A stretch of 64,000 bases of DNA, taken from the NCBI GenBank assembly GCA_965215015.1, contig OZ244042.1:4448001-4512000 (forward strand). Reading direction: 5' to 3'. The notes beneath the pieces were generated by a model. It had not been told where the DNA came from. It saw only the letters and a program-made list of their open reading frames with translations, and searched no databases. Below, piece after piece: positions 10,842 to 21,594 of this stretch (its first letter is position 1; each line of letters opens with the position of its first letter). Both the position numbers and the translations under genes were made by a program. The DNA is from Candidatus Poribacteria bacterium (GTDB taxonomy: Bacteria > Poribacteria > WGA-4E > PCPOR2b).

Positions 10842-11981
10842 TTGCTGATATCAACAACACAAATTCCTCCCCAGATAGGTGAGTTTTGGACATCGAAACA
10901 ACGCGCGGGACACTCTCTACATGAAATTTCATACCGTGCATGTTACAAGCCCCAGTTGCCTGCGTTTTTTATTAAACGGTTCTGCAAAATGGATGATGTT
11001 GTTTATGACCCGTTTATGGGACGCGGAACTACACTGATTGAGGCACAGCTGCATGGCTGTCGTGCCTATGGAAACGATATAAACCCTTTGTCTCAGGTCC
11101 TGACAAAGCCTCGCCTTACACCGCCAACCTTATCACAAATTGAACAACGGTTACTAGAGATAACATTACCAACAACTAAAACAATAAACCCCGACCTATT
11201 GGTATTCTTTGAAGAAGGAACCCTTCAAGAGTTGTATGGGTGGCGGACATACTTTCGGGAAAAGCAGGAGGATAACCAATTGGATCGGACTGATGCGTGG
11301 CTACAGATGGTTGCGTGTAACCGTTTAACCGGACATTCCAAGGGGTTCTTTTCGGTTTACACACTCCCGCCTAACCAAGCAACCTCAGTACAAGCACAGC
11401 AAAAGATTAATCAGAAGCGCGGTCAAAAACCGGAGTACAGAGATACAAAACAGCTTATACTCAAGAAATCCAAGCAGTTGCTTAGACATAGTATTCCTGA
11501 TCGCTTCTGGCGAGATGATGCACGCCTGTTTGCTGAATCGGCAGATCAAACAACACAGATTCGTAACGATTCCGTTAATCTTGTTGTGACCTCCCCACCG
11601 TTTCTCGATACGGTCAATTACATTCAGGATAATTGGCTGCGAATGTGGTTTTGTGATATAGAGATGGCAACCGGCAAAATATGGCAATTAAAACGTCTAA
11701 AAGATTGGATTTTGCAGATGAAGAAGGTATTTATTGAATTGCGAAGGATTCTTAAACCCCAAGGTCGAATCGCTTTTGAGGTAGGTGAGGTACGCAGTGG
11801 ATCCATATTGTTAGAAGAGGCGGTTGTCGAGGCAGCATCAGGAGCGGGGTTGATAGCGGAAGGCATACTCATCAATACCCAGCACTTTACAAAAACTGCA
11901 AACTGTTGGGGAGTTTCCAATAATAGCAAAGGCACAAATAGTAATCGCATTGTGATTCTGAAGAAGGACACACCTATTTAA
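10842..11981 (+). CDS. Orphan DNA amino-methyltransferase (N4-C/N6-A type)
   Basis: SAM-binding DPFMGRGTT and catalytic TSPPF motifs. Confidence 0.85.
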   Translation: MLISTTQIPPQIGEFWTSKQRAGHSLHEISYRACYKPQLPAFFIKRFCKMDDVVYDPFMGRGTTLIEAQLHGCRAYGNDINPLSQVLTKPRLTPPTLSQIEQRLLEITLPTTKTINPDLLVFFEEGTLQELYGWRTYFREKQEDNQLDRTDAWLQMVACNRLTGHSKGFFSVYTLPPNQATSVQAQQKINQKRGQKPEYRDTKQLILKKSKQLLRHSIPDRFWRDDARLFAESADQTTQIRNDSVNLVVTSPPFLDTVNYIQDNWLRMWFCDIEMATGKIWQLKRLKDWILQMKKVFIELRRILKPQGRIAFEVGEVRSGSILLEEAVVEAASGAGLIAEGILINTQHFTKTANCWGVSNNSKGTNSNRIVILKKDTPI

Positions 11982-12010
11982 GTTTTCATCTATTCATAAG
12001 GAGAAAGTCA

Positions 12011-13639
12011 ATGCAAGACACAAATGCTCAACAGATAGGTTGGAAGGCTGTCAGCAAGACAGGTGTTGTTGCTGCAGGCGGTGCCGGGGCTGTTGCTGCC
12101 GGGATTGAGATTCTGGAGGCAGGTGGTAATGCGGCAGATGCGGCGGCGGCTACAATTCTTGCGCTTAACGTCACAGACCATATTGCCTGTTCTATCGGTG
12201 GTGAGGTGCCGGTGCTTATTTTTGACGCGGAAAATCGGGAAGTGAAATCGCTCTCTGGTCAGGGACGCGCTCCGCTTTCACAAACAGCCATTGATTGGTA
12301 TATGAAAAACGGCATTCCAGCGAGTGACATGAAAATGGCACCTGTGCCTTCGGTTGTCGATCTGTGTATTACAACACTCCAGCGGTATGGAACTAAGACG
12401 TTTGAGGAAATCATTGCGCCCACGCTTGGTCTCTTGGACGCGGGAGACGAGGATTGGCACCCCAAACTCGCGGTTACCTTACGCCGGATGGTCGAGGAGG
12501 AGCAGATTACACCCGGGGACCGTGAAACAAAGCTGCAAGCTGCAACCGATCGCTTTTACGGACGGAACAAATTTCGCAATGATATTGCCGAAGAATTGGA
12601 AGCGTTTTACATCAAAAAGGGCGGATTCCTTCGTAAGGCGGATCTTGCCGCTCACACCACGCTAATCGAGGACCCCGTAAAAGTGGATTACCACGGATAT
12701 ACGGTGTACAAGTGCGGCACGTGGACACAGGGACCTTATCTCTGTCAGGCGTTGCGCTTGCTGGAAGGTTTTGATTTGAAAGGGATGGGGCATTTCTCAG
12801 CGGATTATGTCCATGTGGTCACGGAGGCGATTAAGTTGGCGATGGCAGATCGCGACGAATACTACGGCGACCCGGTCTTTGTGGATGTTCCGATGGAGGG
12901 GCTACTTTCCGCGGCCTACACCGAAATTCGCCGACCACTAATTGATATGCAAAAAGCCTCACTGGACGCCCGTCCGGGTGATATAAAGAACATGCAGCCG
13001 TTGAAGCCGGGTGGCGTGTTTCGGCCGGGGGTTGGGGGAACGACGACCTGTGTCGTTGCGGATCGATGGGGCAATGTAGTTGCTGCTACGCCTTCTGCCA
13101 ACGTCTACCGCGAAGAAGGTATGGGGGGATCAACAGGCGTCAGCTACGGAAACCGCCTGCGAAGTCTCAACACAGTTCCGGGGCATCCAAACTGTATCCA
13201 ACCGGGAAAGCGCCCGCGTATTACGCTGACCCCCACGCTCGTTCTGAAGAATGGGAGCCCGATTTTGGCGATTAGTGTCGCAGGCGGCGATTTGCAAGAC
13301 CAAGCAACCCTGAACTTACTTTTGGATTTCATTGAGTTTGATATGCAGCCTGAAGCTGCCGTCATCGCGCCACGCTTCGCCACGACACATCACCAAGACT
13401 CCTTTGATCCAAATCCCAACCGTGAAGAGGCATTCATTCAGGCAGGGGCGTTGACTGTCAGTGACACGGTGGATTCAGAGGTTCAACAGGAGTTGGTCCG
13501 GCGTGGACATCAGCTTGAGGCCAAGGCATCTCCAATTGCTACACCTGTTATGCTCTCTATTGACCAAGATAGTGGGATGCTCTATGCTGCGGGCGATCCG
13601 GCTGCGAATCGTCATGCGGCGGGGTTGGACGACGAATAA
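12011..13639 (+). CDS. ggt: Gamma-glutamyltransferase family protein
   Basis: GGNAADAA, ADRDEYYGDP, autoprocessing GTTTCVVADRWGN, PGKRP.TLTP, GGD.Q.Q. Confidence 0.9.
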   Translation: MQDTNAQQIGWKAVSKTGVVAAGGAGAVAAGIEILEAGGNAADAAAATILALNVTDHIACSIGGEVPVLIFDAENREVKSLSGQGRAPLSQTAIDWYMKNGIPASDMKMAPVPSVVDLCITTLQRYGTKTFEEIIAPTLGLLDAGDEDWHPKLAVTLRRMVEEEQITPGDRETKLQAATDRFYGRNKFRNDIAEELEAFYIKKGGFLRKADLAAHTTLIEDPVKVDYHGYTVYKCGTWTQGPYLCQALRLLEGFDLKGMGHFSADYVHVVTEAIKLAMADRDEYYGDPVFVDVPMEGLLSAAYTEIRRPLIDMQKASLDARPGDIKNMQPLKPGGVFRPGVGGTTTCVVADRWGNVVAATPSANVYREEGMGGSTGVSYGNRLRSLNTVPGHPNCIQPGKRPRITLTPTLVLKNGSPILAISVAGGDLQDQATLNLLLDFIEFDMQPEAAVIAPRFATTHHQDSFDPNPNREEAFIQAGALTVSDTVDSEVQQELVRRGHQLEAKASPIATPVMLSIDQDSGMLYAAGDPAANRHAAGLDDE

Positions 13640-13651
13640 GAGGAAATAGCA

Positions 13652-14635
13652 ATGGCTGAACGACTGACAGTCCTGTTTTTGCCCCATCCACTCGGCCCCC
13701 CAATGTTCAAACCGTCGGGGGAGGATGTGATAGCTGCAATCGGGGACCGCCACGATTTGCGTATTTTGGATTACAATCAACCCATCGCCCCGCAGTTTGA
13801 GCGGGTTGACGTAGTCATAGATCACGGCGGTTCAGCAGGCACCCGAGAGATGGCTGACGCAGCGGCAGGAACGGTGCGTCTCTGGCAAATTCTTGGAACA
13901 GGCTTTGACCATTTCGATTTGGAGTATTGGCAGTCCAAGAATCTGCCTGTTGCGAACTGTCCGGGGATTTTCAGTGCTGTGGCGTTGGCTGAATGTGCCA
14001 TAATGTTCATGCTGATGCTCGCACGTCAATACCCGGTTACCCAAACGAATCTGAAGCGGGGAGACCTGTATAGACCGGTTGGGATGGAGCTTGACGGATT
14101 GAGCTTGGGAATTGTCGGTTTCGGTGCGAGCGGAAAAGAGTTGGCACGTCGAGCCGCGCCTTTTGGCTTGAAAATGTCGGCGATTGATATCCGCGATGTT
14201 GGGACGGATGAAATCAACGAATTTGATTTGGAGTTTGTTGGGAAACCGAAGGATCTGGACTCAGTTATCGCTGCCTCCGATTTTTTATCGCTACATCTCC
14301 ATCTCAGCGCGGAGACGCACCACACCATTAACGCACGTCGTTTGCGCTTGATGAAACCGACAGCGTTTCTAATTAATGTCGCAAGGGGGGCATTGGTTGA
14401 TGAAGACGCCTTGATCGAGGTGTTGGCGGAGGGCAAAATCGCCGGTGCAGGGCTTGATGTCTTCGGACAGGAACCACCGGATCCAGATTCGGCTATCTTC
14501 AGTCTACCGAATGTGATTGCAACGCCTCATATCTCAGGGACAACCGATGGCACCTCACAGAAACGGGCGGGTGCGGCGGCGGAGAATGTTGATAGGATAG
14601 CAGCGGGATTGGAACCGTTGTACCTCATATCTTGA
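13652..14635 (+). CDS. D-isomer-specific 2-hydroxyacid dehydrogenase
   Basis: GIVGFGASG, LINVARG, GLDVF..EP, TPHI.G. Confidence 0.92.
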   Translation: MAERLTVLFLPHPLGPPMFKPSGEDVIAAIGDRHDLRILDYNQPIAPQFERVDVVIDHGGSAGTREMADAAAGTVRLWQILGTGFDHFDLEYWQSKNLPVANCPGIFSAVALAECAIMFMLMLARQYPVTQTNLKRGDLYRPVGMELDGLSLGIVGFGASGKELARRAAPFGLKMSAIDIRDVGTDEINEFDLEFVGKPKDLDSVIAASDFLSLHLHLSAETHHTINARRLRLMKPTAFLINVARGALVDEDALIEVLAEGKIAGAGLDVFGQEPPDPDSAIFSLPNVIATPHISGTTDGTSQKRAGAAAENVDRIAAGLEPLYLIS

Positions 14636-14669
14636 GAAATCATTATCCTCCAGTCTGTAGAAGCAAGGA

Positions 14670-14933
14670 TGGCGCAGCGGAGTGTACCTACTATTTTGGG
14701 ATGAGCTGTCGCCGCCCGATGAATCGGGCGGCGTGAGTCTTATAGACACCAATACTGTCGCTCAACATACTTGGTATTTTCAATTCACCAAACACTGTCG
14801 AGAGGCACACTTGGTATTTGATGAGTCACCGAGGATACCATGACTATTGCGCCATAATCCTGGCTCAACCAACCATAACCATTGCGCGACCTTTTTTGGT
14901 GTTGGGTTTGAACGTTCAACTGCGTAAATCCTA
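14670..14933 (+). mobile_element. MITE-like element, family A (right part)
   Basis: GCCGCCCGATGAATCGGGCGGC hairpin. About 90 nt match 33997-34088. Ends TTCAACTGCGTAAATCCTA. Confidence 0.7.
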
Positions 14934-14945
14934 AATGTCAATAAT

Positions 14946-15180
14946 TTGTAGGTTGGGCCTGCTCGCCTAACCTATAGTATAGGTCGAGATATGAATCTCG
15001 ACAAAATACCCGGCGTGTCGAGCAATAATCCGGGCAGCTTGAGCTAGGATTATCGTCCCATAGTATCTGGTACTCTATAGCGCAATGTTGTAGGTACTTT
15101 CGATTTTGGAAAATCGACCGACACATTGAAAACACTCGGAATGGAGATGGGTTCAATTTATCAAATGTCAACACGTCCTA
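14946..15180. mobile_element. MITE-like element, family B (partial)
   Basis: GTCGAGAT..ATCTCGAC module and right end AAATGTCAACACGTCCTA, as at 8525 and 24164. Confidence 0.5.
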
Positions 15181-15212
15181 GTTGGGAGGGAGGTATTTTA
15201 CAAAGGTTTTGA

Positions 15213-16562
15213 ATGTTTTTTAAGAGGAACTCACAAAATCGTAACCTGAACAAGCAGATTCTTAGCCTTGCTATCCCCAATATTATCAGCAATCTGTCGG
15301 TGCCGATGCTGAGTGTCGTGGATACCGCGTTGATGGGACGGCTAGAAAATGAACGGTATCTTGGAGCCATTGCCATCGGCGGCATCATTTTCGGTTTTGT
15401 GTACTGGGGGTTTGGATTCCTCCGAATGGGTGTCACAGGACTGACGGCACAAGCTTATGGCGCAAGAGATTCCCAGGAAAGCACGTTAATCCTGAAGCGG
15501 GCGGCGATTGTCGCACTACTGATTGGTCTGCTGCTCATTATCCTTCAACCCCTAATTGCAGCACTTAGCTTTTATCTGATGGACGCCGGCACCGAAGTTG
15601 AACAACTTGCGCGTTCCTATTTTCACATCCGTATCTATGCTGCGCCAGCTACTTTAACTCTGCATGTATTCCATGGTTGGTTCCTGGGCATGCAGAATGC
15701 CAAATATCCGATGTTCCTCACCATCGTGGTGAATCTGCTGAACCTTGCGTTGAATTTCTTTTTTGTGAAGATTCTGATGATGACCTCCGATGGGGTTGCC
15801 CTTGGAACTGTGATTGCCCAGTACCTTGGGTTGTTATGCACAATTGGACTATTTTGGAGGAGATATAGGCATCTATGGGATGGGTGGCGTCTAAAAGGGG
15901 TGCTGCATCTTCCAGCCTTGAGGCGTTTTTTCGGGATAAGCAGGGATATCTTCATCCGCACGCTGTCCGTGCTTTTCTGCCATGCGTTTTTCACATCAAA
16001 GGCCGCAGCGTTCAGTGACACAGCACTCGCCATCAATACCATCCTTTTGCAGTTTATCCATATCTTGGCTTATGGTACTGACGGTTTTGCTTTTGCGGCG
16101 GAAAGCCTTGTCGGCAGGTACAAAGGGGCACGGCAGATAACCAACTTAAAACGTTCCGTGCGATATTCGTTTTGGTGGGCGTTGTTTCTTTCGGCAGGAT
16201 TCAGTCTGGTCTTTGGATTACTTGGGACAAAATTACTGTACCTTTTCACGGACAAAACGAATCTGCTAACCGGTGCCCGCCCCTACCTAATCTGGATCGC
16301 GATAGCCCCGCCCATCAATTCTATCGCGTATATCTGGGACGGGGTGTTTATCGGTGCCACTGCCTCTGCTGCCATGCGAAACTCGATGTTGGCTTCGACG
16401 GTAGTCTTTCTATTAGCATATTTTCTATTGAGAGGATTGGGAAACCATGGGCTCTGGATGGCATTGACGCTATTTTCGATTGCACGCGGCGCAACGTTAA
16501 CCTTCTTTGCACCTAAGCACATCTTTTCATTGAGTGCGCCGCAAAATCGGTGTTTGACATGA
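15213..16562 (+). CDS. MATE family efflux transporter (DinF-like)
   Basis: About 12 hydrophobic segments. LAIP.I.SN.SVP...VVDT, FGFLRMG.TGLTAQA, DGFAFA.E.LVG. Confidence 0.92.
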   Translation: MFFKRNSQNRNLNKQILSLAIPNIISNLSVPMLSVVDTALMGRLENERYLGAIAIGGIIFGFVYWGFGFLRMGVTGLTAQAYGARDSQESTLILKRAAIVALLIGLLLIILQPLIAALSFYLMDAGTEVEQLARSYFHIRIYAAPATLTLHVFHGWFLGMQNAKYPMFLTIVVNLLNLALNFFFVKILMMTSDGVALGTVIAQYLGLLCTIGLFWRRYRHLWDGWRLKGVLHLPALRRFFGISRDIFIRTLSVLFCHAFFTSKAAAFSDTALAINTILLQFIHILAYGTDGFAFAAESLVGRYKGARQITNLKRSVRYSFWWALFLSAGFSLVFGLLGTKLLYLFTDKTNLLTGARPYLIWIAIAPPINSIAYIWDGVFIGATASAAMRNSMLASTVVFLLAYFLLRGLGNHGLWMALTLFSIARGATLTFFAPKHIFSLSAPQNRCLT

Positions 16563-16730
16563 GAATAATGTGTAAAAGCAATGCGAATGCGTAAGAGATT
16601 TTCTACACAATCACCGTCATGTTTGTAAGCATGTTTTTTTTACCCTTACGTATTATTTTTTCAGAAAACACAAAGAAGTCAGTAGTAACTTATTGCCTTA
16701 CATAACATGCATATTTGGAGGAAGTTCACG

Positions 16731-17504
16731 ATGGTATTAAAAGATCGGGTCGCCATTGTTACCGGTGCCAGTTCCGGTATCGGACGAGGAATTGCGGTCG
16801 AATTCGCCCGTGAAGGTGCTAATGTTGTCATCGCTGATATTCAAGAAGTTCCCAAACGTGGCAAGTACCATGAACAGGACGTGACACTCCCAACGGTTGA
16901 AGAGGTCGAAAAACTGGGAGCCCAAGGGCTATTCGTCCAAACCGATATGTCAGATGACTCGCAAGTCGATCGACTGATTCAGGAGGCGGTTGGACACTTT
17001 GGTGAGTTGGATATTCTTGTCAATAACGCTGGTGTCCATATCCCCGGCACTAGCCAAGAAATTACGATCGCCGATTGGGACAAGGTGGTTGGTGTGAACT
17101 TGCGTGGTATTTTTGTGGCGACAAAGCTCGCCATCCCCCACTTGACAAAATCTCAATATGGTCGTATTATCCAAATCGCTTCCGTTCACGCCTTCGGTGG
17201 TGGCGGTGGTCCCGCTTACGCTTCGGCGAAAGCTGCCCTTGTCAACATGGTGCGTGACACCGCCTTGGAAGTCGGAGGATACGGCGTCACCGTCAACGCA
17301 ATCTGCCCCGGCTATATTGAAACCGCGATCCAAGATTACCTGACGCCCAAACAGATTCAGGAAGCGAGTGAGAGAACGGTGATGCCGCGTTTCGGTTTGC
17401 CGCGGGATATTGGTCGGGCGTCGGTTTTTCTGGCATCGGATGATGCAGAGTGGATCACCGGTGCTTCGTTGCTGGTTGACGGTGGGTATATCGCTGGGCT
17501 TTAG
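16731..17504 (+). CDS. SDR family oxidoreductase
   Basis: TGASSGIG, NNAG, YASAK, VNAICPG, ITG..L.VDGG. Confidence 0.93.
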   Translation: MVLKDRVAIVTGASSGIGRGIAVEFAREGANVVIADIQEVPKRGKYHEQDVTLPTVEEVEKLGAQGLFVQTDMSDDSQVDRLIQEAVGHFGELDILVNNAGVHIPGTSQEITIADWDKVVGVNLRGIFVATKLAIPHLTKSQYGRIIQIASVHAFGGGGGPAYASAKAALVNMVRDTALEVGGYGVTVNAICPGYIETAIQDYLTPKQIQEASERTVMPRFGLPRDIGRASVFLASDDAEWITGASLLVDGGYIAGL

Positions 17505-17539
17505 TGAGGGGGTAAGGGTTACGATTTACTCAATCAGAT

Positions 17540-17832
17540 TAGGAGTTAGGGAATTGAGTTTATAGTAGCGTAATTCAACCCGCGTCTTTAGGGGACTAGG
17601 CATACGCCGTATGCCATAACCCTTGCACAAATGATGGGATAGCGGAGGTGGGCATACTCCTGTAGGATGAACTGGAGTTGCCCGATGAATCGGGCGGCGT
17701 GAGTCGTATGGATACCAACAACGTTGCGCGACAGGTCCAGGCTCAATTCACCAAACACGGTCCCACAACATACCGGGTATTTGATTCATCACCGAGCTAC
17801 GAGGGTTTGAACGTTCAACTGCGTAAGTCCTA
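17540..17832 (+). mobile_element. MITE-like element, family A (both ends)
   Basis: TAGGAGTTAGG ... TTCAACTGCGTAAGTCCTA, with internal REP-like hairpins. Confidence 0.75.
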
Positions 17833-17883
17833 TAGGTATTACACTTTATCATACTGTAAATCAGACTGAAAAAGGAGAATTTC

Positions 17884-18957
17884 ATGAGTCAGAAAACGTA
17901 TCGTGCCGCTGCGATTGGACACACCGGTGCCGGAAACTATGGACACGGACTTCATTTGCCGTTTAAGGAGTTGGAGAACATTGAATTTGTTGCCATTGCG
18001 GATCCAGACGCAGCAGGACGGCAGACGGAGATGGAAAAGACAGGCGTGCAACTTGGTTACGCCGATTACCGTGAAATGCTGGGCACAGAGAAACTGGACA
18101 TTGTCAGTGTGGGACCCCGCTGGACGAGCGATCACCTTGAGATATTACTGGCATGTCTCAACGCCGGTTGCCACGTCTACAGCGAAAAGCCGATGACAGC
18201 TACCCTCGCCGAGGGAGATCAAATCGTAGAAGCGGCAAGTCGAGCAGAAAAAAAAGTCGCGGTCGCGCATCAGGCGGTCTATCTGCCATCGGTTCAAGCG
18301 ATCAAACAGATGCTGCACGACGGGGCAATTGGGACGGTTCAAGCGATTCACGCACACGGTAAGCAGGACCGGCGCGGCGGTGGTGAGGACATGATTGTGC
18401 TTGGCACGCACCTTTTCAATATGATGCGCTTTTTCATCGGAAATGTTAAATGGATGCAGGCACATGTCACAGAAAACGGGGAAGAGGTTACAATCGACGA
18501 TGCGCGTAACGCTACCGAGCCAGTAGGCCTTGTCGCTGGTGATTGCATCAACAGCTACTTCGCTTTTGAAAGTGGTGTTTCTGGATTATTTGATTCCCGA
18601 AAGCACGAGGTGAGCGGTGATTACTACGGAATGGAGATTATCGGTAGCGAAGGCAGATTATCGATGCGAGGCGGTGGGGGGGACAGTTTGGTCATCTATC
18701 CCCATTCGTGCTGGTCACCGGCTGATACCTCTCAAAAATGGGAAGCGGTGCCGGTTGATGACACGCCTTTTTCTAGCGGGAACAACCTTGCAGTTCTTGA
18801 TCTGATTGATGCGATTGAAAACGACCGTAAGCCAATTTCCGCTGCGGAAGATGCCGTTGCGGCGTTGGAAATGATTCTCGGTGCCTACGAATCACAGCTG
18901 ACAGGAAAGCGTGTTTCGTTCCCTATCGAAAATCGAGAGCATCCACTGAAAAGATAA
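17884..18957 (+). CDS. Gfo/Idh/MocA family oxidoreductase
   Basis: AAAIGHTG.G, SEKPM, GGEDMIVLGTH. Confidence 0.9.
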   Translation: MSQKTYRAAAIGHTGAGNYGHGLHLPFKELENIEFVAIADPDAAGRQTEMEKTGVQLGYADYREMLGTEKLDIVSVGPRWTSDHLEILLACLNAGCHVYSEKPMTATLAEGDQIVEAASRAEKKVAVAHQAVYLPSVQAIKQMLHDGAIGTVQAIHAHGKQDRRGGGEDMIVLGTHLFNMMRFFIGNVKWMQAHVTENGEEVTIDDARNATEPVGLVAGDCINSYFAFESGVSGLFDSRKHEVSGDYYGMEIIGSEGRLSMRGGGGDSLVIYPHSCWSPADTSQKWEAVPVDDTPFSSGNNLAVLDLIDAIENDRKPISAAEDAVAALEMILGAYESQLTGKRVSFPIENREHPLKR

Positions 18958-19013
18958 CTGTGGACATCATTGAAAACTCCCTTTAGGTCTGAAGGCCCGG
19001 GCTGTAAACTTAA

Positions 19014-19297
19014 TAGGAGTTACGGAATTGAGTTTGTAGTCGCGCAATTCAACCTACGTCTTGAAGGGAGTAGGCATACGCCGTATGCCGTACCCCCCCT
19101 AACCCCTCCGCTTGCGAGGGGACTAAGGGGATCTTAGGGGAGGACGGCACGGCGGAGCGTGCCTATTACTGTAGAATTAACTGTAGTTGCCCGATTCATC
19201 GGACGTTAGAAAAGGTATCCAGCGGTGATAAATCGCCGAGCTACAAGTCAAAGCCTCTTGGAACGGAGGCTTCGAGCGTTCAACTGCGTAGGTCCTA
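19014..19297 (+). mobile_element. MITE-like element, family A (both ends)
   Basis: TAGGAGTTACGG ... TTCAACTGCGTAGGTCCTA. Modules GGCATACGCCGTATGCC, GGCACGGCGGAGCGTGCC, GTAGTTGCCCGATTCATCGG. Confidence 0.75.
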
Positions 19298-19325
19298 GTA
19301 AGTAGGATTTGGGCTGCGTTTGATA

Positions 19326-19354
19326 TTGACGTTACCCTTTTTTCGTGTTAAAAT
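19326..19354 (+). promoter_or_regulatory. Sigma70-type promoter for the nfeD-floA operon
   Basis: TTGACG, 17-nt spacer, TAAAAT, with a TGn extended -10. Confidence 0.65.
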
Positions 19355-19530
19355 GAAAGGGTAAGATTGTATTGTTCCTTTCAAGGGAATAGTTCCTGCA
19401 ACTTTGGTAAATAGACATGTGGATTGTCCTATTAATTTGCCAGGGTCAAGTTATTCATGGCCATACAAAATCAGCACGACTTGGTAAACAATCTGAACGC
19501 TTTAGCGGTTTCTTCAAGGGGGGAAAGCCC

Positions 19531-21048
19531 ATGAAAACCAAAAGAGGCATTTTCAGCGGTATGTTGATACTACTTGGCAGCCTACCTTGGTTGGCAGCCC
19601 TATCGTCGAATGGCGCACTTGTGTATGTTATCAACATACGAAATGAAATCGGGAATGGACTTCGCGTGTATATTGACAACGGGATTAAGCGGGCATCGGA
19701 TGCGGAGGCGGACGCGATTATTTTTGATGTTCACACACCCGGGGGTGCCGTTGGTGCCGCGCGAGATATTATTGATGCAATCCAGCGGACAGAGATTCCC
19801 ACAATCGCTTACGTCAACACGGAGGCAATCTCCGCTGGGGCAATGATTTCCTTATCGTGTGACCAGATTGTCATGAGGTATGGCGGCGCAATTGGGGATT
19901 CCGCTCCAGTTTCGATTCAAGGGGAAGAACTAAATGAAAAGGCAGTATCTTATATCCGTGGCAAGATTCGTGCTACAGCGGAACGGGGTGGCAGAAACCC
20001 TGATATCGCCGCTGCCATGGTAGACAAACGGCTCTATCTCGTCAGATTTATAGATGGCGAAATTATTACACTCAGGGAAGAAGAATATATCGAAAATAAA
20101 GAAGCTGGGGTGGAGATGGATATTATCGCCGCCGGGGGACCCGAGGGTGAATTACTGACTTTAACGACTGAAGAGGCGTTGGAGTATAATCTAGCAGATG
20201 GAGAAGCAGATTCCGTCGAAGATTTGTTGGGGTTGTATCAGATTGTCGAAGTTGATGGAAAACGCAAAGCCTTGACAGTAGCAGAGGTTGCACGAAAGCA
20301 GATAGAACTTGGCGATGATAGCGTAAAAGTGATTAAGTCACTAAAAAACGCGACACAGGAAACAGTTTTGGTAACTTTGGCAGACCGGTTTGTCTTTTTT
20401 ATTACTAGTCCCCTTATTAGTGCAACACTGCTTACATTGGGCGGGCTCGGATTATTCGTGGAAATTCGGACTCCCGGTTTCGGTTTTCCCGGTATTGCTG
20501 GGCTTATTTGTCTCGGACTGTTTTTTGGAGGACATAGGCTCCTAAATGTTAGCGCGGACTATGCAGCAATCGCATTCATCATCGGTGTAGCACTGCTTCT
20601 GATAGAGCTGTTTGTGATACCGGGGTTTGGTATTGCAGGTATCTCCGGCATTGTGCTGATGTTAGGCAGCGTCTTTTTCGTATTCCAAAACGCTTACAAA
20701 CTGGAAACAGCGGTTTTTGGACTGTCGTTCGCGATAATCCTTACCTTTGCCCTTGCAATTGCGCTTTCCTACATCGTGCCCAAAACCCGTACGTGGAACC
20801 ATCTTGTCTTGAGTGCCGCCATGGATTCAGGTATGGGATTTCACTCCGCACCACGAGAGGATTTTCAGGGGTACGTGGGTAAGACGGGGGTTGCCCTCAC
20901 GCCGTTGCGCCCTGCCGGTACTGTCCGTGTTGACGACAAACGGCTCGATGTTGTTACTGCCGGTGACTTTATCGTGCGCGAAACGCCTGTGAAAATCATC
21001 AATGTCGAAGGATCGAAAATCTTCGTCGAAGCAATTGATGAAGCGTAA
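19531..21048 (+). CDS. nfeD: Long-form NfeD (ClpP-like protease domain, membrane domain, OB-fold)
   Basis: Signal peptide, TPGG, AISAGA (Ser), EKAVS (Lys), GRNP.IAAAMV, E..TPGFG.PG membrane motif, C-terminal T.LRPAG. Confidence 0.9.
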   Translation: MKTKRGIFSGMLILLGSLPWLAALSSNGALVYVINIRNEIGNGLRVYIDNGIKRASDAEADAIIFDVHTPGGAVGAARDIIDAIQRTEIPTIAYVNTEAISAGAMISLSCDQIVMRYGGAIGDSAPVSIQGEELNEKAVSYIRGKIRATAERGGRNPDIAAAMVDKRLYLVRFIDGEIITLREEEYIENKEAGVEMDIIAAGGPEGELLTLTTEEALEYNLADGEADSVEDLLGLYQIVEVDGKRKALTVAEVARKQIELGDDSVKVIKSLKNATQETVLVTLADRFVFFITSPLISATLLTLGGLGLFVEIRTPGFGFPGIAGLICLGLFFGGHRLLNVSADYAAIAFIIGVALLLIELFVIPGFGIAGISGIVLMLGSVFFVFQNAYKLETAVFGLSFAIILTFALAIALSYIVPKTRTWNHLVLSAAMDSGMGFHSAPREDFQGYVGKTGVALTPLRPAGTVRVDDKRLDVVTAGDFIVRETPVKIINVEGSKIFVEAIDEA

Positions 21049-21064
21049 GGTATTGCCTAATCCC

Positions 21065-21547
21065 ATGTCATGGTTTCTAATTTTCATCATCGGTCTAGGG
21101 GTTTTATTACTGTTCATTGAGATTGCTTTGCTACCCGGCTTTGGGGCAGCAGGTATCCCCGGCATAGTGTTAATCATCGCAGGTATAGGACTTGTGTGGG
21201 TGAAGTTTGGATTGAGAACTAGCTTGATTTATGGAAGTGCTACGATTGCGTTTACCATCCCTGTGGCAATTTTGGGACTTTGGCTTTTTCCACGGACACG
21301 GCTCGGAAGATCGTTTATCCTCGATACTGCTGCCAATCGTGCAGAGGGCTTCCAAGCACCGCCACAAGATTTAGTCAACCTGGTTGGCAAATCAGGTAAA
21401 TCGATCACTCCCTTACGCCCTGCCGGTACTGCGTTGATTAATGATCGGCGTGTTGATGTTGTGACACTTGGCGATTTCATTGAAGCCGAAGTTGAAGTTG
21501 AGGTCGTTCTCGTTGAAGGCAGTCGTGTCGTCGTTCGGAGTTTGTGA
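21065..21547 (+). CDS. Short-form NfeD (membrane domain plus OB-fold)
   Basis: EIALLPGFG..G TM segments, G...TPLRPAG, VEGSRVVV. Alternative start at 21038. Confidence 0.85.
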   Translation: MSWFLIFIIGLGVLLLFIEIALLPGFGAAGIPGIVLIIAGIGLVWVKFGLRTSLIYGSATIAFTIPVAILGLWLFPRTRLGRSFILDTAANRAEGFQAPPQDLVNLVGKSGKSITPLRPAGTALINDRRVDVVTLGDFIEAEVEVEVVLVEGSRVVVRSL

Positions 21548-21594
21548 AAATAGATATGTGAGACCAAAAAACATATTACACAAGGAGGTCAAGA

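Noticed and set aside
14735-14900. Degenerate 35-45-nt units (ACCAAACACTGTCG / ACTTGGTATTT) resembling a mini-CRISPR
   Set aside because: The units are not identical, there are no unique spacers or cas genes, and the same block recurs inside dispersed MITE copies.
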